From Candidatus Pacearchaeota archaeon (GTDB taxonomy: Archaea; Nanobdellota; Nanobdellia; Pacearchaeales; GW2011-AR1): DNA of 64,000 bases. The stretch spans positions 33,982-97,981 of the forward strand of contig JAGVWT010000003.1 in assembly GCA_018304175.1 (NCBI GenBank), written 5' to 3'. Positions 38,459 through 48,387 of this stretch are shown here, in pieces. A program made the position numbers and the translations under genes. The notes under the pieces are model-generated. The model saw nothing but the letters and a program-made list of their open reading frames with translations. It was not told the origin of the DNA and searched no databases. How positions within the stretch are numbered: position 1 is the first letter of the stretch; the number at the start of each line of letters is the position of its first letter.

Positions 38459-39118
38459 ATGTTAAGTAGCAAAAAACATGTGTTTTGGCAGGCACTGTTC
38501 CTAACAATTTTGTTTTTTGCACTTGGTTTCGTGATGGGAATTTATCTTGAGCAGCTTAGAGTAAACAATGTGAATTATCTCTTTTATCAATCAGAGACAT
38601 CTCTTTATGATTCATTTGCATTGGGAAAACTTCCAGAAAACCCAAGCATTTCATGCGATGAACTAAAAAATGCAAATGTAGATTTTGCGAACCAAATTTA
38701 TGACGAAGCAAAACAATTGGAACAATTCGATGAATCAAGTAAGTTGACGGAATCACTCAATACAATACACAGAAAATATGACTTGTTGAGAACTTTGCTG
38801 TGGATGAATGTAATAAACATGAAACAAAAATGTCAAAACACTAGTGTGAATACAGTTGTTTATCTTTATGAGTATAATACAAATGAGATACAGAAAAAAT
38901 CAGAACAGATTGTTTGGAGTAGGATTCTTCAGGATTTGAAGAAAGAGAAAGGAGATGATGTGATTTTGATTCCTATTGCAGTAGACCAGGAAATTGTCTC
39001 TCTTGACTATCTTATTAAGACATATGATGTTGGGGAATATCCTGCGGTTGTTATAAATGAGAAATATGTTTTGTATGAACTTAAAACAACTGAAGAGTTA
39101 AGTAATTTATTTGGTTAA
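38459..39118 (+). CDS. hypothetical membrane-anchored protein
   Basis: N-terminal TM (FWQALFLTILFFALGFVMGIYL). Confidence 0.3.
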   Translation: MLSSKKHVFWQALFLTILFFALGFVMGIYLEQLRVNNVNYLFYQSETSLYDSFALGKLPENPSISCDELKNANVDFANQIYDEAKQLEQFDESSKLTESLNTIHRKYDLLRTLLWMNVINMKQKCQNTSVNTVVYLYEYNTNEIQKKSEQIVWSRILQDLKKEKGDDVILIPIAVDQEIVSLDYLIKTYDVGEYPAVVINEKYVLYELKTTEELSNLFG

Positions 39119-39156
39119 TCAAGCATAAGTTTTAAAAGGCAATTAAAAATATTTAT

Positions 39157-39480
39157 TTGATGGAAACTAAAATAATTCACCTAGAAAACAAAGTTCCTGA
39201 AAGATTGGAAAAAGCTCTTGTTAAAGCCGCAGATGAGTTTGGCTGGGAAGCAAGAATTGAAGAAAAAAGCAAAAGGGGATACAGGAATGGTTTTGTTAGA
39301 GAAACAGAAGATTACAGTCATACAATGATACATTTAAATGGTAGATTTCTCCCGGCTTTGAAAATTACTTTTAATAAAAATAATCCTCGTGAATTTCACA
39401 TCTTGAAAGGTTTTCCAACAGGATTTGCTTTAGCAAGGAATGTGCAAAGGTATGTAGAAACAGTTTCAAGTTATTTGTAA
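39157..39480 (+). CDS. hypothetical protein
   Basis: ORF only. Confidence 0.3.
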   Translation: MMETKIIHLENKVPERLEKALVKAADEFGWEARIEEKSKRGYRNGFVRETEDYSHTMIHLNGRFLPALKITFNKNNPREFHILKGFPTGFALARNVQRYVETVSSYL

Positions 39481-39535
39481 GAACCTTATTCTGCATTACA
39501 CAAATATTAAAAAATACCCTTTTTTTAAAACTCTA

Positions 39536-40159
39536 ATGAACGAATGTTACAAATGCGGTATTACTGAAGATAAGGCTGTACTATATGACACAATACTACC
39601 TAGCGGAGTTATGAAGGTGTGCAGAAAGTGTTCTTTTAAAGAAGACTATCCTGTGATGAAAAGTGTTGCGTCTAATGTTAATCTTGAAAAACAAAATACG
39701 AGTGTTTACGAAACATTAAAAAAAGTTTCAGGAGTAAATCCAGATATAAAGCCAAAATCTTTTGTGAGTGATAGGTTAAAGGGTAATGAATCTCTGAAAA
39801 ATATAATAAACACAAGTGCACAGAGAAATTTCAGGCATAGTCCTGATTTGAAAAAATCACTTTTAGATAATTTTCATTGGATTATCTTAAGAGCCAGGAG
39901 ATTGAAGCATTTGACTCAGGAAGAATTCGCCAGGGAAATCCAAGAGCCAGAGTTTATTGTGAAATCCCTTGAAGAGGGAAAAATAAGCGACCAAAAAGTT
40001 ATAGGCAAAGTGGAGAAATATCTTGGAGTAACGTTAAGGAAAGAAGAAAAGAAAAGTGATACAGATGAAGCAAATAAAGATTTTGATGTTAAAGGGATGA
40101 AGGAATTTACAATAGCTGATTTACATGAATTGAAAAAGAAGATAGAAGAGAACAATTAA
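39536..40159 (+). CDS. MBF1-like protein (N-terminal zinc ribbon plus HTH_XRE)
   Basis: CYKCG...CRKC ribbon; HTH LKHLTQEEFAREIQEPEFIVKSLEEGK. Confidence 0.45.
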   Translation: MNECYKCGITEDKAVLYDTILPSGVMKVCRKCSFKEDYPVMKSVASNVNLEKQNTSVYETLKKVSGVNPDIKPKSFVSDRLKGNESLKNIINTSAQRNFRHSPDLKKSLLDNFHWIILRARRLKHLTQEEFAREIQEPEFIVKSLEEGKISDQKVIGKVEKYLGVTLRKEEKKSDTDEANKDFDVKGMKEFTIADLHELKKKIEENN

Positions 40160-40186
40160 TCCAAAAGAAAGCTTTATAAAACATTT

Positions 40187-40465
40187 TTGGATATTTTCAT
40201 TATGGAAGTCAATGTTTTGAAGAGTTCTAAAGAAGAAATTGAATTGGAGCTTGGAAATATCACAGTTGCTGAAATTTTAAGAGTTTATTTGAATAAGGAT
40301 GATTCTGTTGAATTTGTAGCTTGGAGGAGAGAACATCCAACGAAGAAACCAGTTCTTGTAGTTAAGACAAAGGGTAAGGCAGCGAAGAAAGCTGTGAACG
40401 ACGCAATTCAGGATATTGTCAAAGAGCTTGACAAAATTGAATCTGATTTCAAAAGGATGAAGTAA
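40187..40465 (+). CDS. rpoL: DNA-directed RNA polymerase subunit L (Rpo11)
   Basis: ELGNITVAEILRVYLNKDDSVEFVAWRREHP (HTLGNLLR/FA.YK.EHP pattern), 92 aa. Confidence 0.65.
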   Translation: MDIFIMEVNVLKSSKEEIELELGNITVAEILRVYLNKDDSVEFVAWRREHPTKKPVLVVKTKGKAAKKAVNDAIQDIVKELDKIESDFKRMK

Positions 40466-40505
40466 TTACAATAATCCTTATTAACTTTTTATTGTTAGTT
40501 TTTTT

Positions 40506-40877
40506 ATGAATAAGGCAATTAGGTTAGTCGTTATAGAAGATAAAAAATTGTTGCTTGTTAGAAAAAGAGATTCATGGATTTTGCCTGGAGGAAAGCCAAA
40601 TGAAGATGAAGGAGGTTTAGAGTGTTTATTAAGAGAAATAAAGGAAGAGCTTCAAGCGGAAGCGATTATCGGAAATTTTTACGATTCATTTACAGGTACT
40701 ATATCTCATAAAAAAAATCCATGGACAGAAGTAATTTATTTTGGAAAAATAAAAGGCATTATTTACCCGTCAGCAGAAATTAATGATGCAAGACTTATTT
40801 CATATTTTGAATGTTATAACTTGTCTAACTTAACTAAGAACATAATTAAAGCTCTTAAGAATGATAAATATTTATAA
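40506..40877 (+). CDS. NUDIX hydrolase
   Basis: Nudix box GGKPNEDEGGLECLLREIKEELQ. Confidence 0.8.
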   Translation: MNKAIRLVVIEDKKLLLVRKRDSWILPGGKPNEDEGGLECLLREIKEELQAEAIIGNFYDSFTGTISHKKNPWTEVIYFGKIKGIIYPSAEINDARLISYFECYNLSNLTKNIIKALKNDKYL

Positions 40878-40880
40878 AAA

Positions 40881-41627
40881 ATGCAAAAAACAGAGAAAAT
40901 CTCAACAGGAAGTTATGATTTGAACAAGTGGCTTTTTGGGGGCTATGAGAAAGATGTAGTCACAATGATTGCAGGGCCTCCTGGAAGTGGAAAAACCAAC
41001 TTTTGTATTCTAGCTGCTTGCAGTCAGGCTAAAAAAGGAAACAAAGTAATTTTCATTGATACAGAAGGAGGTTTTAGTGTTGAAAGAGTAAAACAGTTGC
41101 TTTCTGATGACAAAGATGATTTATATGAAAAAGTTTTGAATAATATCTTGCTTCTTTCCCCTTCAAGTTTCGAAGAACATCAAAAAAGCTTTCAACAATT
41201 GCTAAAAGAATTAAAAAAACAGCATGTCGGTTTAATTGTTGTTGATGGAATGGCTACACTTTATCGCTTGGAATTGGGAGAAGCAGTAAAAAACAGAAGT
41301 GATTCTGGGATAAAAGAAATAAATTATAACATGGCTCGACAAATGAAATTGCTCTCTGAGATTTCGAGAAAACAAAACATTCCTGTAATTATAACAAATC
41401 AAGTTTACAGTGGTTTTTTATCAGATGAAGACATAAAAAAAGGAATAAAAAGGGAAACCAACCTTGTCGGAGGTGATTTGATGAAGTACTGGAGCAAGTG
41501 CATAATTGAGTTGAAAGTTGAAGGTAAAAAAAGAAAGGCGATAGTTCTAAAACATAGAAACATACCTCAAAAAGAAATGAGTTTTGAGATAAGAAATAAT
41601 GGGATTTTCAAGAAAGGATGGATTTAA
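40881..41627 (+). CDS. radB: RadB (RecA/Rad51 paralog lacking the N-terminal HhH domain)
   Basis: LNKWLFGGYEKDVVTMIAGPPGSGKTNFC Walker A; 248 aa. Confidence 0.6.
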   Translation: MQKTEKISTGSYDLNKWLFGGYEKDVVTMIAGPPGSGKTNFCILAACSQAKKGNKVIFIDTEGGFSVERVKQLLSDDKDDLYEKVLNNILLLSPSSFEEHQKSFQQLLKELKKQHVGLIVVDGMATLYRLELGEAVKNRSDSGIKEINYNMARQMKLLSEISRKQNIPVIITNQVYSGFLSDEDIKKGIKRETNLVGGDLMKYWSKCIIELKVEGKKRKAIVLKHRNIPQKEMSFEIRNNGIFKKGWI

Positions 41628-42864
41628 CAAAAAATATAAACTCTCTCCCATTTATTTTCTGATGCAGGACATAAAATTTGAAGTTATAAAAAAGATTGGT
41701 GATACAAATTTCAAGATAAAGAATATTTCAAACATCTATAAACTAGATAGCAATTCTCCTCCGAGCGTTTTTGTTGGTTCAATGTTAAAATATCCTAATG
41801 TGAATGTTGGAATTTTAAGTCCTTTGGAAAGAGATGAAAATGCATGGCTTTACGACGATGCGAAATTCTGGGCAGAAAATAATTTTAATGTCAACGACGT
41901 CATAAAAATAAGAGAGAGTTTGCTTAATTCTCGTTTTACAGCAGGTGTTAAGGATTTTAATTTGAATAAAAAGTTTGTTCAAATAGCACAGGAAATTGCC
42001 CTTGCTTCTAAACCCGTTGATGTTGAGATTGAATTAAAAAGGGGATTGAGTTTTGGAAACAAAAGAGACAGAATTTTAACTCCTCATGGACTTAGTGCTG
42101 GTCTGAAAAAGGCGAAAATAGTTTCTAATGTAAAAATCCACAGAAAAGTTGAGAAAGTTATGTCTGGGGAGTATAAAGCAAATGAGGGAATAGATTATTT
42201 ATACAAAAATAACTTTAATGAATATACTTTGAGTAAAATTTTAAGTGTTGGTGTTTTGGGAATGCGAAACAGCAAAAAACTCGTTCCCACGCGTTGGTCT
42301 ATAACAGCTACCGATGATATCATTGCAAAAACTCTTATTGAAAATGTAAAAAACTATAAACAAATAGAAAATTATGAATTATTCTTTGGAGATTTTATGG
42401 GAAATGAATATTTGATTCTGCTTTTTCCGGACATTTTCAGTTTCGAGCTTTTTGAGCTTTACCTTCCTGGAAGTTCTTGGAATCCTTCGCAGGAAATAAA
42501 AGCGTCGACGGATTTCGAGAGTTATTTTGGTAGAAAGAAATATGCGAGCAACACTGCGGGAGGGTATTATGCAACGCGGCTTCCTATTCTTGAATACTTA
42601 AACGGCATAAAAAGGCAAGCGTCAATTCTTGCAATCAGAATTGAAACTCCAAGTTACTGGGCTGCACTCGGTGTTTGGGTTGTAAGAGAAAGTGTCAGAA
42701 AATCAATGAAGAAAAAAATACATTTTTCAACCAGGGAAGAATTAATAAAAGCGGCCAAGCAAATAGGACAAGTAAAATTTAACTTCAATCCTGAAATGAT
42801 TCTAAAAAAAAGCAAAATACTGAATGAAGTTTTGACCCAGAGAAAATTATTTGAATGGGTTTGA
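41599..42864 (+). CDS. hypothetical protein, possibly NreA-like DNA repair protein; C-terminus TQRKLFEWV resembles a PIP box
   Basis: Overlaps the radB end (operon); about 420 aa; C-terminal Qxx(L)xx(F/W) motif. Confidence 0.3.
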   Translation: MGFSRKDGFNKKYKLSPIYFLMQDIKFEVIKKIGDTNFKIKNISNIYKLDSNSPPSVFVGSMLKYPNVNVGILSPLERDENAWLYDDAKFWAENNFNVNDVIKIRESLLNSRFTAGVKDFNLNKKFVQIAQEIALASKPVDVEIELKRGLSFGNKRDRILTPHGLSAGLKKAKIVSNVKIHRKVEKVMSGEYKANEGIDYLYKNNFNEYTLSKILSVGVLGMRNSKKLVPTRWSITATDDIIAKTLIENVKNYKQIENYELFFGDFMGNEYLILLFPDIFSFELFELYLPGSSWNPSQEIKASTDFESYFGRKKYASNTAGGYYATRLPILEYLNGIKRQASILAIRIETPSYWAALGVWVVRESVRKSMKKKIHFSTREELIKAAKQIGQVKFNFNPEMILKKSKILNEVLTQRKLFEWV

Positions 42865-43222
42865 TTACAAACCTTTATTAAAGGAGAATCTTTATATTGG
42901 TTGGTAAAAGGAGGTAAAAATGAAGTGCAATTGGGGGTGGGTTGAAATTATTCTCTCAGCTTTGATTTTGATATTTGTAATTTTCCCGACACAGATTTTC
43001 TCAACTATAGTATCTTTTTGGATAGTGGTGGTTGCTGCAGCTATTTTGCTGATACATGCTCTTAAACCCCACAAAGAACATTATCACTCTTTTGGGTCAA
43101 CGAGTGGTGTAAGTAAGGGTAAAAGAAAAAGATAATTTATTTATTTTCTTCTTGTTTTTCTTTCTCTTTTCTGTAGGCCTCAATTCTTTCTTTATTTTTT
43201 ATACATTCCGGATTAAAGAAAA

Positions 43223-45556
43223 TCAAAGATTTTCATTAATATTTCTTTCATGTTTTTTTCTGTATTCTTCAATTCTCTTTTTATTAGATGGACAAGAAAC
43301 ATTAAAGCAGAAAATCCAAGGTCGTTTTCCTCTTGCAATTCTCATTAGCATCGGGAAATTACAATCTTCACAGTTTTTCTCCGCCTTTTTTATGAATCCT
43401 TGCGGAAGTGAATAAGTATTTTTACATTCGGGGTAAGCATTGCAGGCGACAAAGTGTTTCTTGTTTTTTTTCGAGTAGGAAATTATTAGATTTCCTTTTT
43501 TACAAATCGGACAAATGTTTAGTGTGTTTTCTATCTTTCTTTCCTCATTAAGCTTGATATTTGCATCTAAAAGTTCTTTTCCTATATCTTTCTCATTTTT
43601 TTTGAATTGGGAGATAATCTTTGTTATTGATTCTTCTGCCTTACTTATTATCTCTTTTTCTTTTTCCTGAAATCTTTTTTTCAACGTTTGTATCAAATTC
43701 ATTTCTTTTTCAAAGTTTTTCGTCAATTTTTCATCGATTATTATGGGAGAATATTTATTTAACGTATCAATAAGAGAAATTCCTAAAGGGGTTGCTTCAA
43801 TGCTTTTTTCTTTGATGTAGTTTCTATTGTAAAGTGTTTCTAAAATCATTGATCTTGTTGCCTTTGTGCCTAGGTTTCTTTTTTCAAGCTCAGCAATTAT
43901 TGAAGCTGGCGAATAGCGTTTTGGCGGTTGTGTTTGCTTCTCCTCAATTTTTACATCTAGTATTTCTCCTTTTTCATTAAAGTCAGGAATTTCTTTTTCC
44001 TGTAATTTTGCAGGATAAATTTCCATCCATCCTTTTTTTCTTATTGCAGAGCCACTTAGGGAAAAATGTAAGCTATTTATTTCTGTTCTTATTTTTTTGT
44101 TTTCTATTATAGCGTCGTCGCAGAAAAGCGACAGAAACCTTTTTACTATAAGATTGTAGATTTTTTCATCATCTCCAGAAACTATTTGGAAATTTCCTGT
44201 AGGGTAGATTGAAGGGTGTGCAGGATCTGTTTTGTTTCCTTCCACTGGCTTGTTTTTTGTAATAAGTTTTTCAACTTTGTATTTTTTTGCAAGATTATTT
44301 AATATTTCTTCGTAGTTTATTGACGCTGGGAGTTTTTGACTTGAAGTTCTTGGATATGATATTAATCCTGAAAGGTAAAGGGATTGCGCAATTTGAAGAG
44401 TTTTTGAAGGAGTCATTCCATAAAGCTTGTAAGCTTCTATTTGCAAAAGCGTAAGATTAAATGGAACCCCTGGAGGAAGAATCTGAGATTTTTTTTCAGT
44501 TGTTACATCAATTTCTTTGTCCTTCAAATTATCAAACTTTTTTAATTCCGTTTTTTTTGAAATATCTTTTGTGTGTTTTAACTCAATAATTTCCTGGGTT
44601 TTTTTGTTTTTGACTTTAATAAAAACTTGCCAGTATGGTTCTGATTTGAAACTTTGAATTTGCTTTTCCTTTTCAACTATCAGTTTCAGCGACGGTCCTT
44701 GGACTCTTCCTATGGACATTATCCTAAAACTTCCTGTTGATTTTATAGCATTCATTAAAGCTCTTGAGAGGTTTATTCCATAAAGCCAATCTAAATAATG
44801 TCTGGTTTCTCCCGCGATTGCCTGCCCCCAGTCTATGCTACTTGATTTTTTTTCATATGAGTCATTCAATTCTTTTTCGGTCAGCGTCGAGAATTTCATC
44901 CTGTTTGCGTCTTTTTGGCTGCAGATAAATCTCATAATATTGTAGCCAATTACTTCTCCTTCAATGTCATAGTCTGTTGCAATTGTTATTTCTCCGGCGT
45001 TTTTTACTAGTTTTAGAATTGTATTATAATACCTTTCTGTAAAATCATTTTTTCTGACTGTAAAATTTGGAACCCATGAAATATCAAATGTCGGAATTCC
45101 CCTGCTTTTTGCGTTTTGGGTTAAACTGAACAAATGTCCGACGGCGCATGCAACAAAAATTCTTTTTCCATTTCTGTTTACTTCGTAGTATGGAACTTTT
45201 TGGTAATTTCTCTTCTCGTATTTTCCCAAAACAGAAGCGATTTTTAATGCAGCCTGCGGTTTTTCAGTTATGATTAATTCATAACCTTCTTTTTTAAGAC
45301 TTATCTTTGGAATTTTTACTTCTTTTTCTTTTTTGATAATTTCTTGAGGCCTAGTTCGTTTCAGCTTCCTTGAGAATTTTTTTCTCCCACTTCTCTGTTT
45401 TCTCTGAGTTTCTTTTATCGGTGCTTCCTCAAATCCTGTGAATGAAAGTGGTTTTTTTTGTTCTTTTTCAATTCCATACTTTGTGTCGCTTTCATCTACA
45501 GGAAAAAAACTTTCCGCTAGTTTTTCTTCTTTAGTTTTCTCAATTTTTTTCTGCAT
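43223..45556 (-). CDS. topA: DNA topoisomerase, type IA (Topo I/III-like) with C-terminal zinc ribbons
   Basis: Toprim ELIITEKPQAALKIA, active-site GLISYPRTSSQ, two C-terminal Cys4 ribbons; Lys-rich N-terminal extension. Confidence 0.85.
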   Translation of the reverse strand: MQKKIEKTKEEKLAESFFPVDESDTKYGIEKEQKKPLSFTGFEEAPIKETQRKQRSGRKKFSRKLKRTRPQEIIKKEKEVKIPKISLKKEGYELIITEKPQAALKIASVLGKYEKRNYQKVPYYEVNRNGKRIFVACAVGHLFSLTQNAKSRGIPTFDISWVPNFTVRKNDFTERYYNTILKLVKNAGEITIATDYDIEGEVIGYNIMRFICSQKDANRMKFSTLTEKELNDSYEKKSSSIDWGQAIAGETRHYLDWLYGINLSRALMNAIKSTGSFRIMSIGRVQGPSLKLIVEKEKQIQSFKSEPYWQVFIKVKNKKTQEIIELKHTKDISKKTELKKFDNLKDKEIDVTTEKKSQILPPGVPFNLTLLQIEAYKLYGMTPSKTLQIAQSLYLSGLISYPRTSSQKLPASINYEEILNNLAKKYKVEKLITKNKPVEGNKTDPAHPSIYPTGNFQIVSGDDEKIYNLIVKRFLSLFCDDAIIENKKIRTEINSLHFSLSGSAIRKKGWMEIYPAKLQEKEIPDFNEKGEILDVKIEEKQTQPPKRYSPASIIAELEKRNLGTKATRSMILETLYNRNYIKEKSIEATPLGISLIDTLNKYSPIIIDEKLTKNFEKEMNLIQTLKKRFQEKEKEIISKAEESITKIISQFKKNEKDIGKELLDANIKLNEERKIENTLNICPICKKGNLIISYSKKNKKHFVACNAYPECKNTYSLPQGFIKKAEKNCEDCNFPMLMRIARGKRPWIFCFNVSCPSNKKRIEEYRKKHERNINENL

Positions 45557-45645
45557 TTTTCTAATATTCTACTCAAGAACAAGCTTTTAAGTTTTTAGTT
45601 TTTGTGAATGCTTAGTTTTTTAAATGCCTAAATTCATAGCAGATT

Positions 45646-46170
45646 ATGGAAGATATATTTAATGACGCTGCTTTTGACAGGTGGCTTTATGGAGGAGTTC
45701 ATGATTTGGACGAGGATGTTGGAAAGTTGATATATAATATGTACAATTTAAAAAAGAGATTTGGATTTATAAAGACGAATTGGAGTTGTTCAGGACATGT
45801 TGGTAAATGGTTAATAGAAGGAAGGAGTAGCATGGAAGGATTTTGGATATATAATCTTGGACTATTAGGTTTTGAAATATTAAACAATAATCCAAATTCT
45901 GAAAATTTTATGAAAAATCTAAGTGCAATCGTGGAGAAATATAAATTTGCTGAATTAAAACATTTACCAATCAATCTTAGTGATTATTGGATTCGTCTTG
46001 AAATGAAAGATATTGCAGATAATCCAAAAGCAAAAAGAGATACAAAGCAATTTGATTTTTATTGGGCAGAAAACAGGGAAATCATACTAGAACTTACTCA
46101 AGAAAGATATGAAGTGTTTAAAAAATTCTGGAACGAAATGGATGGAATGGTTTTGAGTTATTTAAGTTAA
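45646..46170 (+). CDS. hypothetical protein
   Basis: ORF only. Confidence 0.3.
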   Translation: MEDIFNDAAFDRWLYGGVHDLDEDVGKLIYNMYNLKKRFGFIKTNWSCSGHVGKWLIEGRSSMEGFWIYNLGLLGFEILNNNPNSENFMKNLSAIVEKYKFAELKHLPINLSDYWIRLEMKDIADNPKAKRDTKQFDFYWAENREIILELTQERYEVFKKFWNEMDGMVLSYLS

Positions 46171-46392
46171 TTATCTACTTGGTAAAACTACTTGGGGGAA
46201 TCCCTGCTTGTTCATTATCATTTCTAATTGTTGGCAGTCTCCATTATTATAAAAATACCCAATTACTGTTTCATATTTTCCTTCGCTGTCTAAATCTTTG
46301 TTTTTTAGAAATGCTTGTCCATAGACACATTCAAATCTGTCTCCCCAGGCCCAAAATGCGCTTTCTAATTTATAAATATTTATGTAATTTTT

Positions 46393-47013
46393 TCACACTT
46401 CAAAAACTTTTCCTTTTCTGCTGACATTTATCGCGCGGGTTTTTCCGATTATGTCTTCTGTTCCTGCAGCTTCGTGTATATGTGAGAAAACAGCGACGTT
46501 TGGTTGGAATTTCTCAATCGCGTCCCTTATGGCTTTTGAACCTTTGAATCCTGAGAATTCTGATTTTGTTCCTTTGGGATGCATGTGGGTTACCATTATT
46601 CTTTTTTCCAGATTTTTTGTTTTGTCATTTCCTTTCTTTAGCAACTCAAAAATTTCAGAGTCATTTAGTCTATGAATCCCTATATCTGCGCCACCGGCCC
46701 CGAAAACTCCAAAATTCTCCTTTATGAAATATTTTCCATGAATGTTTTTAGTGTTTTGATAAAAATCTGCGAGAAAGTCAACCGTTTCAACTGATTCGTG
46801 ATTTCCAGGAATTATCAGGACTTGCTTTTTTGCATCTACGAATGGTTTTATTATATTTTTCATTGGCATTTCCATAAAAGTTATATCTCCTGTCAAAATT
46901 ACCAAGTCAACATTTTCTTCTTCTGCTTGCTTTACTAGTTTTTTCACAATTCTTTCGTCGCCGTGTAAGTCCCCAACTGCAAGAATTTTTATTTTACCTT
47001 TTTCTTTTGTCAT
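46393..47013 (-). CDS. calcineurin-like metallophosphoesterase
   Basis: AVGDLHGD, GDITF, GNHE, HMHP motifs. Confidence 0.75.
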   Translation of the reverse strand: MTKEKGKIKILAVGDLHGDERIVKKLVKQAEEENVDLVILTGDITFMEMPMKNIIKPFVDAKKQVLIIPGNHESVETVDFLADFYQNTKNIHGKYFIKENFGVFGAGGADIGIHRLNDSEIFELLKKGNDKTKNLEKRIMVTHMHPKGTKSEFSGFKGSKAIRDAIEKFQPNVAVFSHIHEAAGTEDIIGKTRAINVSRKGKVFEV

Positions 47014-47225
47014 TAAAACAGGATAAATAGTTAGTTAATAAATATTTTCAAATGAAATATATTTTTGTCACTCCCTAAGGATAATACTTAATTGAGTTCC
47101 AAAAGATTTAAAAGTAATATATTTGCTGATATAATTGTTATAGTATATATTTTACATAATACTTAAACAAAATGAAAGTAAATTTAAAATTTACATTCAT
47201 CCAAAATAAACAAAAAACATTTTAA

Positions 47226-47492
47226 ATGAAAGAAAATTTTGATTTGTTCTTCAGGCGAAAACCAGCAATGATGCTAGTATCGTTGAAAAAAAATTCTAGG
47301 ATGAGATATGGAAGCATTCTGGCGAAGGAAGTAGATTGCACTTACAGCCATGCTGTGAAGATTCTTCAGACACTTGAGGTCTTGGAGTTGGTTGTATTTG
47401 AGAAGAGAGGAAGAATAAAAGTTATACAGCTGACTAAGAAAGGAAAAGAAGTTGCAGATGCAATTGAAAACATCCAAAAAGTTATAAGGTGA
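47226..47492 (+). CDS. small winged-helix transcriptional regulator
   Basis: 88 aa; ArsR/MarR-like wH segment (SHAVKILQTLEVLELVVFEKRGRIKVIQLT). Confidence 0.45.
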   Translation: MKENFDLFFRRKPAMMLVSLKKNSRMRYGSILAKEVDCTYSHAVKILQTLEVLELVVFEKRGRIKVIQLTKKGKEVADAIENIQKVIR

Positions 47493-47801
47493 ATTTAGTT
47501 CTTTAAGTATAGAAGTTGATTGCCTCGCTCCAAAGTCGCTCGGTTATTGATATAAATTGTTAATACAAAAAACAAACTTTTTCGTTAAAATTTCACATCA
47601 AACTTTCGCGATAGCGAACAATTAAAGTGAGCAACTTGTCGTGAACAGGTATTTTCATTTTCTAAAAATGGCCCCGATTACTCGCGACCCCGCTCGGATT
47701 TTTTATTTTTCGTTTCACGATTAATTTCCGCGAAATCGCTCGTGATTTGATACTGAAGTTCAAATCAACATTTGTAAATGCTGTTTAACAACAGCATGAA
47801 A

Positions 47802-47924
47802 TGGCCCCGATGGGATTTGAACCCACGACACCTGGATCTCTCCAACATTGTTTTTTTCGAACTTCCACGAATTAAAATTCGCGTTGTAAGAGTCCAGTGC
47901 TCTACCAGGCTGAGCTACGGAGCC
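47802..47924 (-). tRNA. tRNA-Lys (anticodon CTT) with a 49-nt intron (47838-47886) in the anticodon loop
   Basis: Manual fold of the reverse complement: acceptor GGCTCCG/CGGGGCC (one GU), D-arm GCTC-AGCCTGGTA-GAGC, anticodon stem CTGGA/TCCAG enclosing CTCTTA|49 nt|A, T-arm GTGGG-TTCAAAT-CCCAT, discriminator A. Confidence 0.6.
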
Positions 47925-48047
47925 TTTTCTGTTTTTGGCGATGTAGCGACTTGCGATTTCGTCGGAGGCAATTGGAAATCGCCTTTCCTAACGAAAAGGA
48001 AGGTGTGTGAGAGGAAACCTTGGTTTCCTTCATGAGCTACGGAGCCT
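47925..48047 (-). repeat. insert-like segment upstream of tRNA-Lys, bounded by 18-bp direct repeats of tRNA positions -4..+14; contains R1 hairpin copy C (47953-47982)
   Basis: aaaaggctccgtagctca (minus-strand reading) occurs at the real tRNA 5' end and again about 105 bp upstream (plus strand 48030-48047). The interior shares tga-Rgg-hairpin, gtcgctaca and acag(aaaa) with the tRNA-Ile insert. Confidence 0.6.
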
Positions 48048-48088
48048 TTTTCTAATTATATTGGTTAGTTAAACACTTAAATATTTTT

Positions 48089-48352
48089 TTAATTATTTAT
48101 GGTAATTAAATATACCGGCCAGAATGCAATTATTGCAACACCTGTCCAAAAAACATAATAAAGAGCCGCAGCAATTGGGCTGTTATTGTAAGTAGTTGTT
48201 TCGCCTAAAATTGGAAGCAAAACATAATATCCTACATATGAAACAATCCACACAATTGCAATCTGCACTAAAACCCAAAGATGCTGACGCGTTTGAGGAT
48301 TTATTTTTTTTAAGTCGAGAATATTCAAGATATTAAGATTAGGCAAGTCCAT
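48089..48352 (-). CDS. small membrane protein
   Basis: Two TM helices. Confidence 0.35.
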   Translation of the reverse strand: MDLPNLNILNILDLKKINPQTRQHLWVLVQIAIVWIVSYVGYYVLLPILGETTTYNNSPIAAALYYVFWTGVAIIAFWPVYLITINN

Positions 48353-48387
48353 TAACTAGCTTATCAAAATATTTTTATAAAGTTTTA

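Noticed and set aside
47014-47225. AT-rich 212-bp spacer before the wHTH gene as a hidden ncRNA (RNase P/SRP RNA)
   Set aside because: Extremely AT-rich with no GC-rich helices, and too short for either RNA.
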